Source: an uncultured Gammaproteobacteria bacterium (GTDB lineage Bacteria; Pseudomonadota; Gammaproteobacteria; Xanthomonadales; Xanthomonadaceae). Taken from it: DNA of 64,000 bases. How positions within the stretch are numbered: the stretch's first letter is position 1; the number at the start of each line of letters is the position of its first letter. Of the stretch, positions 21,994-31,013 are shown in pieces. A model generated the notes under the pieces. The model made no database searches. It was not told the origin of the DNA and saw nothing but the letters and a program-made list of their open reading frames with translations. The DNA lies in the NCBI GenBank assembly GCA_963710825.1, contig CAVQBQ010000005.1, positions 769,504-833,503 of the forward strand, in the 5' to 3' direction. Both the position numbers and the translations under genes were made by a program.

Positions 21994-22676
21994 CCCACCA
22001 CGGCATCTATGTCACCGGCACCGATACCGGCGCTGGAAAGACGTTGGCCAGTTGCGCGCTGCTGCATGCGCTGCGCGCACGCGGTTTGCGTGCGGTGGGG
22101 ATGAAGCCCCTGGCCAGCGGTTGCCAATCCACGCCGCAGGGACTGCGCAATGACGATGCGTTGGCGCTGCAGGCCGCCAGTGATCCGCAGCCTCGCTACG
22201 AGGACCTGAATCCGGTTGCGTTGCCGCAGCCACTGGCGCCCGAGATCGCCGCACGCGAAGCCGGGGTCGAGGTCACGATGACGCCGATGCTGGCTGCCTA
22301 CGAGCGCTTGGCGGCGCGCGCTGACGTGCTGGTCGTGGAAGGGGTTGGTGGCTGGATGGCGCCCCTGTCGACCACGCTGGATCAAGTGGACCTGGTGCGC
22401 GCGCTGGATTTGCCGGTCGTATTGGTGGTCGGCATGCGGCTTGGCTGCATCAACCATGCGCGCCTGAGCGCGGCAGCAATCGCCGCCGACGGCTGCCAGC
22501 TGGTCGGGTGGATTGCGAGCGAAGTCGATCCGGACATGGCCCGTCGCGACGAGAACTTCGCATTGCTGTCGCAGCGCCTGCCGTCGCCTTGCCTGGGCCG
22601 GTTGCCATGGACTGGCCACCCCGATCCCGCGTCGCAGGCTTCACGGCTTGACCTGGGACCGATCACCTCGCTTTGA
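21990..22676 (+). CDS. bioD: ATP-dependent dethiobiotin synthetase
   Basis: MTHHGIYVTGTDTGAGKTLASCALL... is the canonical BioD P-loop (GTDTxVGKT). The long upstream ORF extension (21504-) is rejected. Confidence 0.88.
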   Translation: MTHHGIYVTGTDTGAGKTLASCALLHALRARGLRAVGMKPLASGCQSTPQGLRNDDALALQAASDPQPRYEDLNPVALPQPLAPEIAAREAGVEVTMTPMLAAYERLAARADVLVVEGVGGWMAPLSTTLDQVDLVRALDLPVVLVVGMRLGCINHARLSAAAIAADGCQLVGWIASEVDPDMARRDENFALLSQRLPSPCLGRLPWTGHPDPASQASRLDLGPITSL

Positions 22677-22804
22677 CCACGACTTCTGGCACGGTTGCCC
22701 GAGTGTTGCGATGCTAGACTGGCGGGTATAGGAATTAGATTTCCGATCCTCCCCAGGCTCCTTAGTTTTCCCGGAGTTTTACCGTTTCCGCGGAGTTCCA
22801 ACCC

Positions 22805-24127
22805 ATGGCGAAGCCCTCCCATTCGCCGGCGATCGCCGGTGCCGTCTTCCTGACCCTGGGCCTGTTGCTGTCGGCCTGCGGCAAGGACAAGCAGGCCGGG
22901 CCGGGCGGCCCCGGTGGCCAGATGCCGCCGCCACAGGTGGGTGTCGTCGTGGCCAAGGCCACCCGGGTTCCGCTGCAACAGGAACTGGTCGGGCGGCTGG
23001 CGCCGTTTCGCAGCGCTGACGTGCGTGCGCGGGTGCCGGGCGTGTTGCAGAAGCGGGTCTACGACGAAGGCAGCGATGTAAGCAAGGGCCAGGTGTTGTT
23101 CAAGATCGACCCTGCCCAGCTGCAGGCGGCACTGGGCCAGAGCAAGGCCGCCCTGGCCCAGGCCCAGGCCAGTTACGCCAACGCCAGGGCCGCAGCGGAT
23201 CGCGCCCGCAAGCTGATCGCCGACAAGTTCATCTCGCAATCCGATTACGACAACGCATTGGCCGCCGAGCGCAGTAGCGCCGCTGCCGTGCAGCAAGCCA
23301 GGGCGACGGTCCAGAGTGCTGACATCAATTTGGGTTATGCCACCGTGCGTGCGCCGATCAGTGGGCGGGCCGGCAAGCAGCAGGTGACCGAAGGCGCACT
23401 GGTCGGGCAGGGCGATGCGACGCTGCTGACCACGGTCGACCAGATCGATCCGCTGTACGTGAACTTCTCGATGAGCGTGTCGGAGCTGGAGCAGGTGCGC
23501 ACCCTGCGCGCGCGCGCCGCCGATGCGGCAGGCATGCAGGCCCAGCAGGTGCAGGTGCTGTTGCCAGATGGCACGCCTTACGACCATCCGGGCGTCCTCG
23601 ACTTCTCCGGCGATGTGGTCGATCCGGCAACGGGTGCGGTGTCATTGCGCGCAAGCGTCCCCAATCCGGACAAGCGCCTGCTTCCCGGCACCTTCGTGAC
23701 GCTCAAGGCGACACTGGGCGAAATCCCGCGCGCGTTCCTGATCCCGCAAGCCGCGGTGCAGCGCGACGCCAAGAGCGCCTATGTCCTTGTAGTGGGCAAG
23801 GACGGCCAGGTCGCACGCAAGGACATCACCGCCGAGCGCGCCCAGGGCAGCCGCTGGATCGTGACCAAGGGGCTGGACGGCGGCGAGCAGGTCATCGTTT
23901 CGGGCCTGCAGAAGGCGCAGGCCGGACAGCCAGCAAAGGCGTCGCCGTGGCAGCCTGGGGGCGATGCCGCGCAGGGTGGCCCGCAGCAAGGCGCCGAGCC
24001 GGCAGGCAGCTCGCCGCAAGGCAGCTCGACGCAAGGCAGCTCGCAACCCCCTGCAAGCCCTTCGTCAGCCACGGGCCAGTCCGATGCGTCCCGGCAACAA
24101 GGCGACGACGCGACGACGCAGGGCTGA
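22805..24127 (+). CDS. RND efflux periplasmic adaptor (AcrA/MexA family), with a low-complexity Gln/Ser/Pro-rich C-terminal tail
   Basis: Lipoprotein signal MAKPSHSPAIAGAVFLTLGLLLSAC. Hairpin, lipoyl and beta-barrel domains (...YATVRAPISGRAGK...). Immediately followed by the RND pump gene. Confidence 0.88.
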   Translation: MAKPSHSPAIAGAVFLTLGLLLSACGKDKQAGPGGPGGQMPPPQVGVVVAKATRVPLQQELVGRLAPFRSADVRARVPGVLQKRVYDEGSDVSKGQVLFKIDPAQLQAALGQSKAALAQAQASYANARAAADRARKLIADKFISQSDYDNALAAERSSAAAVQQARATVQSADINLGYATVRAPISGRAGKQQVTEGALVGQGDATLLTTVDQIDPLYVNFSMSVSELEQVRTLRARAADAAGMQAQQVQVLLPDGTPYDHPGVLDFSGDVVDPATGAVSLRASVPNPDKRLLPGTFVTLKATLGEIPRAFLIPQAAVQRDAKSAYVLVVGKDGQVARKDITAERAQGSRWIVTKGLDGGEQVIVSGLQKAQAGQPAKASPWQPGGDAAQGGPQQGAEPAGSSPQGSSTQGSSQPPASPSSATGQSDASRQQGDDATTQG

Positions 24128-24133
24128 CCGGGC

Positions 24134-27100
24134 ATGTCCAAGTTCTTCATCCACCATCCGATCTTCGCCTGGGTCATCGCACTGCTGATCGTGCTCGGCG
24201 GCGTGCTGTCGATCTTCAACCTGGGCGTGGAGTCGTATCCCAACATCGCGCCACCGCAGGTGACGGTGAGTGCGACCTATCCCGGCGCCAGTGCCGACAC
24301 CACCGAGCGCGCGGTGACCCAGGTCCTCGAGCAGCAGATGACCGGGATCGACAACCTGGACTACTTCAGCTCCTCGTCCAGCGCCAGCGGCGGCGCCTCG
24401 GTGACGCTGACCTTCAAGCCCGGCACCGATCCCGACATCGCCCAGGTGCAGGTGCAGAACAAGGTCGCGCTGGCGACGCCGCGACTGCCTTCGGAGGTCA
24501 CCCAGCAGGGCGTGGTGGTGGCCAAGGCCAACCCGGGCTTCCTGATGGTGGCGGCCCTGCGGTCGACCAATCCGCAGTTCGGCAAGGCCGAGATGGCCGA
24601 CCTGATCGGCTCGCGCATCGTCGACCAGATCTCGCGCGTTCCCGGCGTCGGCAGCGCGCAGCTGTTCGGCGGCGAATTCGCGATGAACATCTGGCTCAAC
24701 CCCGACAAGCTGCGCGCCTACGGCCTGTCCGCCAGCCAGGTGCTGTCGGCGGTGCGTGGGCAGAACGTGCAGTTCGCCGCCGGTCGCATCGGCGCCGAAC
24801 CGTCGCCCAAGGACCAGGCCTTCACCGCCACGGTCAGCGCCGAGGGGCGCTACAGCACGGCCGAGCAGTTCCGCAATATCATCCTGCGCGCCAATGGCGA
24901 TGGCACCACGGTGCGGCTGGGCGATGTCGCGCGCGTTGAAAAGGGATCGTCGGCCTACGGCTTCGACCTGAAATGGAGCGGTACGCCGGCGTCCGGTTTC
25001 GCCGTGCAGCTGGCGCCCGGCGCCAATGCGCTGGGGGTCGCCAGCGCGGTGCGCGATCGCATGGACGAGTTGCAGCAGAGCTTCCCGCAGGGAGTGACCT
25101 GGTTCTCCCCCTACGACAGCTCGACCTTCGTCAAGGTATCGATCGAGGAGGTGGTACAGACCCTGGTCGAGGCGATGGTGCTGGTGTTCCTGGTGATGCT
25201 GATCTTCCTGCAGAACCTGCGCGCCACGCTGATCCCGACGATGGTGATCCCGGTGGCGTTGCTGGGCACGTTCCTGGGCATGAACGCGGTGGGCTTCACC
25301 ATCAACCAGCTGACCCTGTTCGGCATGGTGCTGGCGATCGGCATCGTGGTCGACGACGCCATCGTGGTGATCGAGAACGTCGAACGGATCATGACCGAAG
25401 AGGGCCTGTCGCCCGAGGACGCGACGGTCAAGGCGATGCAGCAGATCACCGGCGCGGTGGTCGCGATCACGGTGGTGCTGGCGGCGGTGTTCATCCCCAG
25501 CGCATTCCAGTCCGGCAGTGCCGGCGAGATCTACAAGCAGTTCGCGATCACCATCGCGATGGCGATGGGGTTCTCCGCGTTCCTGGCGCTGGGCTTCACC
25601 CCGGCGTTGTGCGCCTCGCTGCTCAAGCCCAGCGACCACCACGACAGTCGCAACGTCCTCTTCCGCGGATTCAACAAGGCCTACGACAAGGTGCGTGGGA
25701 CGTATGTCGGCCATGTCGGCAGCGCCGTTCGCCATGCGCCACGCTGGATGCTGGCGTTCGCCGGCCTGGCGGTCCTGTGCGGCTTCCTGTTCTACAAGAT
25801 GCCAGGCAGCTTCCTGCCCGAGGAAGACCAGGGGTACGCGCTTGCGATCGTGCAGTTGCCGCCGGGCGCGACCCTCAACCGCACCGAGCGCGTGTTCGAG
25901 CAGGTCCGGGGCACGCTTGAAAAAATGCCCGGTTACGAAGGCATGATGCAGATCTCCGGCTTCAGTTTCGTTGGCCAGGGCGAGAACGTCGGCATGGCGT
26001 TCGTCAAGCTCAAGCCTTGGGGCGAGCGCGACATCACCGCCTCGGAATTCATCCAGCAGGCCAACGGCGCGCTGTTCGGCATCCGCGACGCGCAGATCTT
26101 CGTGATCAACCTGCCCACGGTCAACGGGCTCGGGCAATTCGGCGGATTCGACTTCTACCTGCAGGACCGTGCCGGCAAGGGACGCGATGCACTGACGCAG
26201 GCACGCAACATCCTGCTGGGCAAGGCCAGCCAGAACCCGGCGATGACCGGGGTGCGACCCAATACGCTCGAGGACGCGCCGCAACTCAAGTTGGACGTGG
26301 ATCGCGTGCAGGCGCAGTCCATGGGGTTGTCGGTCAACGACATCTACAGCGCGATCCAGCTGATGCTGGCGCCGGTCTACGTCAACGATTTCGTCGATGA
26401 AGGGCGGATCAAGCGCGTGACCATGCAGGCCGATGACGATTACCGGACCGGCGTGGATTCGTTGAGCCACTTCTACACGCCCGCGCCCGGCGTGGGCGCC
26501 AGCAGCGGCGATGCCGACAGCCGCACGATGATCCCGTTGTCCAACGTCGTCCACAGCAAGTGGATCACCGCGCCACCGTCGCTGAGCCGGTACAACGGCT
26601 ATCCGGCCGTGCAGATCAATGGGTCGCCGGCCCCCGGGCACAGTTCCGGCGAAGCGATGGATGCGATGCAGGACATCGTCAATGACGACCTGCCCGAGGG
26701 CTTCGGCATCGACTGGACCGGACAGTCTTACCAGGAAATCCTGGCCGGCAACCAGGCGGCATTGCTGATGGGTTTGTCGATCCTGGTCGTCTTCCTGGCC
26801 CTGGCGGCGTTGTACGAGAGCTGGTCGGTGCCGGTCGCCGTGCTGCTGGTGGTGCCCCTGGGTGTATTGGGCGCGGTGGCGTTGTCGATGGCGCGCGGGT
26901 TGCCCAATGACATCTATTTCAAGGTCGGCCTGATCACCGTCATCGGCCTGGCGGCCAAGAACGCGATCCTGATCGTCGAATTCGCGATCGAGGAGCGCCA
27001 GCGCGGCAAACCGCTGGGCCAAGCCGTGGTCTCGGCAGCCAAGCTGCGTTTCCGGCCGATCCTGATGACCTCGCTGGCCTTCATCATGGGCGTGACCCCG

Positions 27101-27271
27101 CTGGCGTTGTCCAGCGGTGCCGGTGCCAATGCCCGCCATGCGATCGGTACCGGCGTGATCGGCGGCATGTTGTTTGCCACGTTCCTGGGACTGTTGCTGA
27201 TCCCGGTGTTCTACGTGGTGGTGCGCAGGGTGCTGGGAGACAAGCTCGAGGATGGCGCCAAGGCGTCCTGA
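24134..27271 (+). CDS. RND multidrug efflux transporter, HAE1 family (AcrB/MexB-like)
   Basis: 1045 aa with 12 TM and two large periplasmic loops. Start MSKFFIHHPIFAWVIALLIVLGG is canonical. No outer-membrane factor gene follows. Confidence 0.92.
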   Translation: MSKFFIHHPIFAWVIALLIVLGGVLSIFNLGVESYPNIAPPQVTVSATYPGASADTTERAVTQVLEQQMTGIDNLDYFSSSSSASGGASVTLTFKPGTDPDIAQVQVQNKVALATPRLPSEVTQQGVVVAKANPGFLMVAALRSTNPQFGKAEMADLIGSRIVDQISRVPGVGSAQLFGGEFAMNIWLNPDKLRAYGLSASQVLSAVRGQNVQFAAGRIGAEPSPKDQAFTATVSAEGRYSTAEQFRNIILRANGDGTTVRLGDVARVEKGSSAYGFDLKWSGTPASGFAVQLAPGANALGVASAVRDRMDELQQSFPQGVTWFSPYDSSTFVKVSIEEVVQTLVEAMVLVFLVMLIFLQNLRATLIPTMVIPVALLGTFLGMNAVGFTINQLTLFGMVLAIGIVVDDAIVVIENVERIMTEEGLSPEDATVKAMQQITGAVVAITVVLAAVFIPSAFQSGSAGEIYKQFAITIAMAMGFSAFLALGFTPALCASLLKPSDHHDSRNVLFRGFNKAYDKVRGTYVGHVGSAVRHAPRWMLAFAGLAVLCGFLFYKMPGSFLPEEDQGYALAIVQLPPGATLNRTERVFEQVRGTLEKMPGYEGMMQISGFSFVGQGENVGMAFVKLKPWGERDITASEFIQQANGALFGIRDAQIFVINLPTVNGLGQFGGFDFYLQDRAGKGRDALTQARNILLGKASQNPAMTGVRPNTLEDAPQLKLDVDRVQAQSMGLSVNDIYSAIQLMLAPVYVNDFVDEGRIKRVTMQADDDYRTGVDSLSHFYTPAPGVGASSGDADSRTMIPLSNVVHSKWITAPPSLSRYNGYPAVQINGSPAPGHSSGEAMDAMQDIVNDDLPEGFGIDWTGQSYQEILAGNQAALLMGLSILVVFLALAALYESWSVPVAVLLVVPLGVLGAVALSMARGLPNDIYFKVGLITVIGLAAKNAILIVEFAIEERQRGKPLGQAVVSAAKLRFRPILMTSLAFIMGVTPLALSSGAGANARHAIGTGVIGGMLFATFLGLLLIPVFYVVVRRVLGDKLEDGAKAS

Positions 27272-27305
27272 TGTCGGGGCAAGCAATGGCAGGGCACGGA
27301 CCGGC

Positions 27306-27412
27306 CGCTACATGTTCGTAGAAGCGATGCTTTCGTCGGAGCGGCTTCAGCCGCGAGCTCTTCCCACAGGTCGCCATTAATCAAGAGCTCGCGGCTGAAG
27401 CCGCTCCTACAG
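27306..27412. repeat. REP-like element cluster E (outer-arm inverted pair)
   Basis: GTCGGAGCGGCTTCAGCCGCGAGCTCTTCC...TCAAGAGCTCGCGGCTGAAGCCGCTCCTACAGG. Confidence 0.85.
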
Positions 27413-27569
27413 GAAGCACGCGAGCTTCGCCGCGATCGAGCTGTACTTGCACCAGGCATGAAAAAACCCGGCAGCTCGCGCTGCCGGGTTGGCTTCATCA
27501 AGGCGGGGGTCGTCCCGCAAGGCCGGGCCGCGATCCTCTGCGGTACCGCCCTCAGTCACGCTAACGCGC

Positions 27570-27959
27570 TTACTTGGCCTTGGCGGCCTTGGTCGCCTTT
27601 TCGACGCCGGCCTTGGCCTGCGCGGTGGCGGCTTCGAACTGGCCCTTGGCGACTTGGCTGATGGCCTCGTTGGTCTTCATGGTCTGGCCCAGGACTTCCT
27701 GGCTGGTGCTGATGCTGCGCTCGACGTTCTCACGCGCAACCTGGATACCCTTGGGCCACACGGCCTTGAGGCCGTCGGCGTCGCGCACGTTGGCCAGCTC
27801 GCCGAAGAAGGCGAAGGCGGCGGTGGCGTTCTGCTCGATGGCGGCCAGCTGCATGCCGAAGACTTCCTGGGCATTGGCAAGCGCCAGCTGGTTGACTTCA
27901 GCGGCGTTGTCGGCGAACTGACGGGTGGTGGCGGTGAACTGCTCGTTGATCTGGTTCAT
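27570..27959 (-). CDS. Phasin-family protein (PHA granule-associated)
   Basis: Start at the ATG at 27959 (MNQINEQFTATTRQFADNAAEVNQLALANAQEVFGMQLAAIEQN...). Alpha-helical, ending in an Ala/Lys-rich C-terminus. Confidence 0.75.
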   Translation of the reverse strand: MNQINEQFTATTRQFADNAAEVNQLALANAQEVFGMQLAAIEQNATAAFAFFGELANVRDADGLKAVWPKGIQVARENVERSISTSQEVLGQTMKTNEAISQVAKGQFEAATAQAKAGVEKATKAAKAK

Positions 27960-28181
27960 GGCGGTTTCCTCTGCGAGATCCGGCAGGGAGTGCCGGTTTG
28001 TGCGATGCAGCATAACCCGGTGTTTGTTGCGATGCAACATTTCTCGGTGGAAGGTTGGGGGCCGTTAAGAAACCCCATGCAAACAAAGACATACGCTTAT
28101 GCCCAAGCGATGCATGGTTGCAATTGACCGATATTGGTTGTGCCGGTGGGGATCGCGCCTGCCGGGCGCCCCTGCAATCGC

Positions 28182-28535
28182 TCAGCCGTTGTAGCGACAG
28201 CCCGAGGTGCAGGTCTCGTGGACCACGACCTGGCTCAACAGTGGCAGCCTAGGCAGTAAATGGTCCCAGATCCACATCGCCAGACGCTCGCTGGTGGGAT
28301 TGTCCAGCCCAGGCACGTCATTGAGGTAATGGTGGTCCAGCTGGTCGTACAGGGGCTGGAAAGCCGCCTTGATGTCCGCGAAGTCCATCACCCAGCCAGT
28401 ATCGGCACCGGGCTGGCCACTGACATGCAGCTCGATCCGGAACGAGTGCCCGTGCAGCCGTGCACACTTGTGCCCGGCCGGGACATTTGGCAGCCGGTGC
28501 GCGGCTTCCAGGGTGAAGGTCTTGAAGATGTCCAT
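28182..28535 (-). CDS. queD: 6-carboxy-5,6,7,8-tetrahydropterin synthase
   Basis: Start at the ATG at 28535. [32 protein letters not shown]...ETCTSGC is collinear with E. coli QueD, including the Zn-binding His and the CxxHGH motif. Confidence 0.9.
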   Translation of the reverse strand: MDIFKTFTLEAAHRLPNVPAGHKCARLHGHSFRIELHVSGQPGADTGWVMDFADIKAAFQPLYDQLDHHYLNDVPGLDNPTSERLAMWIWDHLLPRLPLLSQVVVHETCTSGCRYNG

Positions 28536-28909
28536 GACGGTTTCCGGGCCATGCCGGCCATGGGTGGCAAGACAATCACGGCCGGTGAAGGGGTGGGCAC
28601 GGTGGTGTGCAGATCGTTTTCGGAGGGCATGTCCGCACCCGCCAGAGCAAATGCGAGCAATTGCCAGATGCCAGTGCCCGGAAATCATCTCTTAAGTCAT
28701 TGAATATTTTACTGAAATAAAGGGGCCGAAGGAAGGCTGCCCAGCTATCACTCGATCTGGCCACACCTTTGCTGTCATCCAGCTCCTGCGGACCATTTCC
28801 ACAAGGTGTTTGAGTGGTGTCGATTTTGCCGGCCCCAGGCCGGCTGGCATGCGTTCCAACGCCGGAGCAAACAGCGTTGCCATGGCTTGGTATCGTGGTG
28901 ATCTACCTG

Positions 28910-29617
28910 ATGAGCAGAGAGTTCCAGAAGCCATTGACGGCATTACAGGTAAGTGTGATCATTGATTACATGAAAGGCAAGCAAGCCAAGCCCAGACCGT
29001 CCACCCTGCACGTACGCAATTATCGCGAGCGCATGCGGCAGCAGGGCCTTGTGAAAAAGGACGTGTGGATCCGGCCTGAATATGCCGAAGAACTGGCCGC
29101 CATCGAGCGCGGCATGCGAGAGGTTGACCGCGATCCCGCACTGCCTTGCCTGCCCTCCGAGCCGAGCCAGGCCGGCTGGTCGATCTCGACGATCCACCAT
29201 GCGATCGCCCAGACCTCGGCTGTGCAACAAGGGCTGGTGACGCTCGATCTCATCGAGGGCGCCGAGCCCAGCCTGCATCTGCAGATGCATGCGTTTGGGG
29301 ATCTCTCGGTCTTCGTGGCGGTTGGCGGGGACCAGATCATCGTGGAGTCCTACCTGTGGCCGGTGGCCCAGGTCATGGAGCCCGCTGACTTCAACGCGCA
29401 TGTCCTGCGCACCCACAAACTCATTCCGCTGTCCACGATTGCGCTGCAGGAGGTGGGCGGGATCGAGAGCTACACGATGTTCGGTGCCTTGGACACGCGA
29501 TCCAGCCTACCCAGCCTGATGCTCGAAATCGAATCACTTGCCGACAACGTCATCAGTTTCACCGAGACGTACGCTTCCTACCTGCGTCCCTTGGAAGCAA
29601 CAGGGCCGTCCTGCTGA
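28910..29617 (+). CDS. YjfI-like DUF2170 protein with ~90-aa N-terminal extension (gene 1 of the stress cluster)
   Basis: The C-terminal half (…SVFVAVGGDQIIVESYLWPVAQVMEPADFNAHVLRTHKLIPLSTIALQEVGGIESYTMFGALDTRSSLPSLMLEIESLADNV…) resembles E. coli YjfI. The basic N-terminal part (KGKQAKPRPSTLHVRNYRERMRQQGLVKK...) has no clear assignment. An alternative start at 28814 is possible. Confidence 0.55.
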   Translation: MSREFQKPLTALQVSVIIDYMKGKQAKPRPSTLHVRNYRERMRQQGLVKKDVWIRPEYAEELAAIERGMREVDRDPALPCLPSEPSQAGWSISTIHHAIAQTSAVQQGLVTLDLIEGAEPSLHLQMHAFGDLSVFVAVGGDQIIVESYLWPVAQVMEPADFNAHVLRTHKLIPLSTIALQEVGGIESYTMFGALDTRSSLPSLMLEIESLADNVISFTETYASYLRPLEATGPSC

Positions 29618-30351
29618 TGGTGGACGCGCTGCCAATGCTTTTCAAAAGAATCCAGGACGGCGTTGGCGAGCTGGGTGAGTCGGTGCTGGGCAACCGCAGC
29701 GAACGCGCGCTGGACCAGGGTATCCGCGGTATCGACCTGGTCCTGCACCAAGCCCGATCGGATCTTGCGTCGGCCAAAGCCCGCCGGATTGCCAAGGAGG
29801 ATGCGATCAACGCAGGCAAGACGCGCATCCATGCCGCAGAACTGCAGATTCGCTCGCTTCTTGCAAAGCGCCGGGTCAAGCAGGCGCGCACACTCGCCGC
29901 CGAGGTCGTGGCGCTGGAAGCCGAGCAGCTCGCGCTCGGCCACGAAGCTCGGGCACTTGTCGACCAGGAAGGTGAGTTCGTGCATGCCATCGCCCAGCTT
30001 GAACACCAGCTACGTCGCATGAAGCACCAGCTGGGCACGTTGCGCGCCACCACCGGCATCCAGCGGGCGCAGGCCGCAGTGGCACATCTGCAGCCGGGCC
30101 CGGAGACCCACCCCGAGAGCGCGCAAGCTTCCGCGCAACGCCTGCGCGAACGCGCCGCAACAACCAAGCCTGCTGCCAGCAAGCCAGCTACCAGCAAGCC
30201 GTCTGTAAGGCAACCAAGGGGCAAGCGCAGACCAGCCGAGGTGCCGCAGACGGACCAGGCCATTGAAAACGTCCTGGAGCGCCTGTCCATGCATGCGAAG
30301 TCCACAAGCAAGACGGCCGTCAACAAGACAACCGCAAGGAAGACCAAATGA
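29617..30351 (+). CDS. PspA/IM30-family protein (YjfJ-like)
   Basis: 244 aa, all-helical coiled coil. MLFKRIQDGVGELGESVLGNRSERALDQGIRGIDLVLHQARSDLASAKARRIAKEDAINAGKTR... resembles PspA/Vipp1 helix alpha1-alpha4, with a Lys/Thr-rich C-terminus. Its start overlaps the previous stop; its stop overlaps the next start (ATGA). Confidence 0.7.
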   Translation: MVDALPMLFKRIQDGVGELGESVLGNRSERALDQGIRGIDLVLHQARSDLASAKARRIAKEDAINAGKTRIHAAELQIRSLLAKRRVKQARTLAAEVVALEAEQLALGHEARALVDQEGEFVHAIAQLEHQLRRMKHQLGTLRATTGIQRAQAAVAHLQPGPETHPESAQASAQRLRERAATTKPAASKPATSKPSVRQPRGKRRPAEVPQTDQAIENVLERLSMHAKSTSKTAVNKTTARKTK

Positions 30352-30983
30352 ACGATTTCCTGCAAACCGTGCTCACCTTTCCGACATTGCCTTACAGCAT
30401 CCTGCTGGCGTTCTGCGTGGTTTACTGGATGCTCGCAGCGACCGGACTGCTGGATGGCGACGCCATCGACGGCCTGCTGGGATCGGACGGCGATCCCGGT
30501 GATTCCACCGCGACGGCCGGCATCGTGGCCAGGATGGGGCTGGGTGGGGTACCACTCATGGTTGTGATCGCGGTCCTGTCTTTTTGCGCGTGGCTGGCCA
30601 CCTATTTCGTTCAGCTGCTGGTCCTGTCGCACCTGCCAGGCCCACTGCGCATGCTGGCGGGCGTGGTGACACTGGTCGCGGCCTTGATCCCCGGCGTGCT
30701 GGTGACATCTGCACTGCTGCGGCCCCTGAGCAAGCTCATCAACCGCCTGAGTCCCCCCATCGCACGGTCGATCCTGGGGCGCGCTGGCACCGTGATTTCG
30801 CCTTGCGTCGATGCCGATTCCGGCCGCGCTGAATTCGATGACGGCGGCGCCGGGCTGATCCTGCAGGTGCGTACCTTGCCCGGCAGCATCTTCCAACGTG
30901 GCGAGCGTGTCGTCCTGCTTTCGTACGACGAGCAGGCCAATACCCACGCCGTGATCTCCGAAACCGATTTCAACAACCGCTAG
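30348..30983 (+). CDS. YqiJ-like inner-membrane protein with C-terminal NfeD-type OB-fold (flotillin partner)
   Basis: 211 aa. TM helix, acidic DGDAIDGLLGSDGDPGD stretch, two further TM helices, and a C-terminal OB-fold segment LILQVRTLPGSIFQRGERVVLLSYDEQ. This matches the architecture of E. coli YqiJ (DUF1449/NfeD). Confidence 0.7.
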   Translation: MNDFLQTVLTFPTLPYSILLAFCVVYWMLAATGLLDGDAIDGLLGSDGDPGDSTATAGIVARMGLGGVPLMVVIAVLSFCAWLATYFVQLLVLSHLPGPLRMLAGVVTLVAALIPGVLVTSALLRPLSKLINRLSPPIARSILGRAGTVISPCVDADSGRAEFDDGGAGLILQVRTLPGSIFQRGERVVLLSYDEQANTHAVISETDFNNR

Positions 30984-31013
30984 CCATACCGAGACCCAAA
31001 AAAGGAGCTTTAC

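Noticed and set aside
28536-28910. Search for an integrase gene or a direct repeat of the tRNA-Met 3' end at the far boundary of the stress cluster
   Set aside because: No integrase or recombinase ORF, and no copy of TGGTGGCTATGGGTGGACTCGAACC or its 3' portion was found. The island hypothesis is kept only as low-interest inference.
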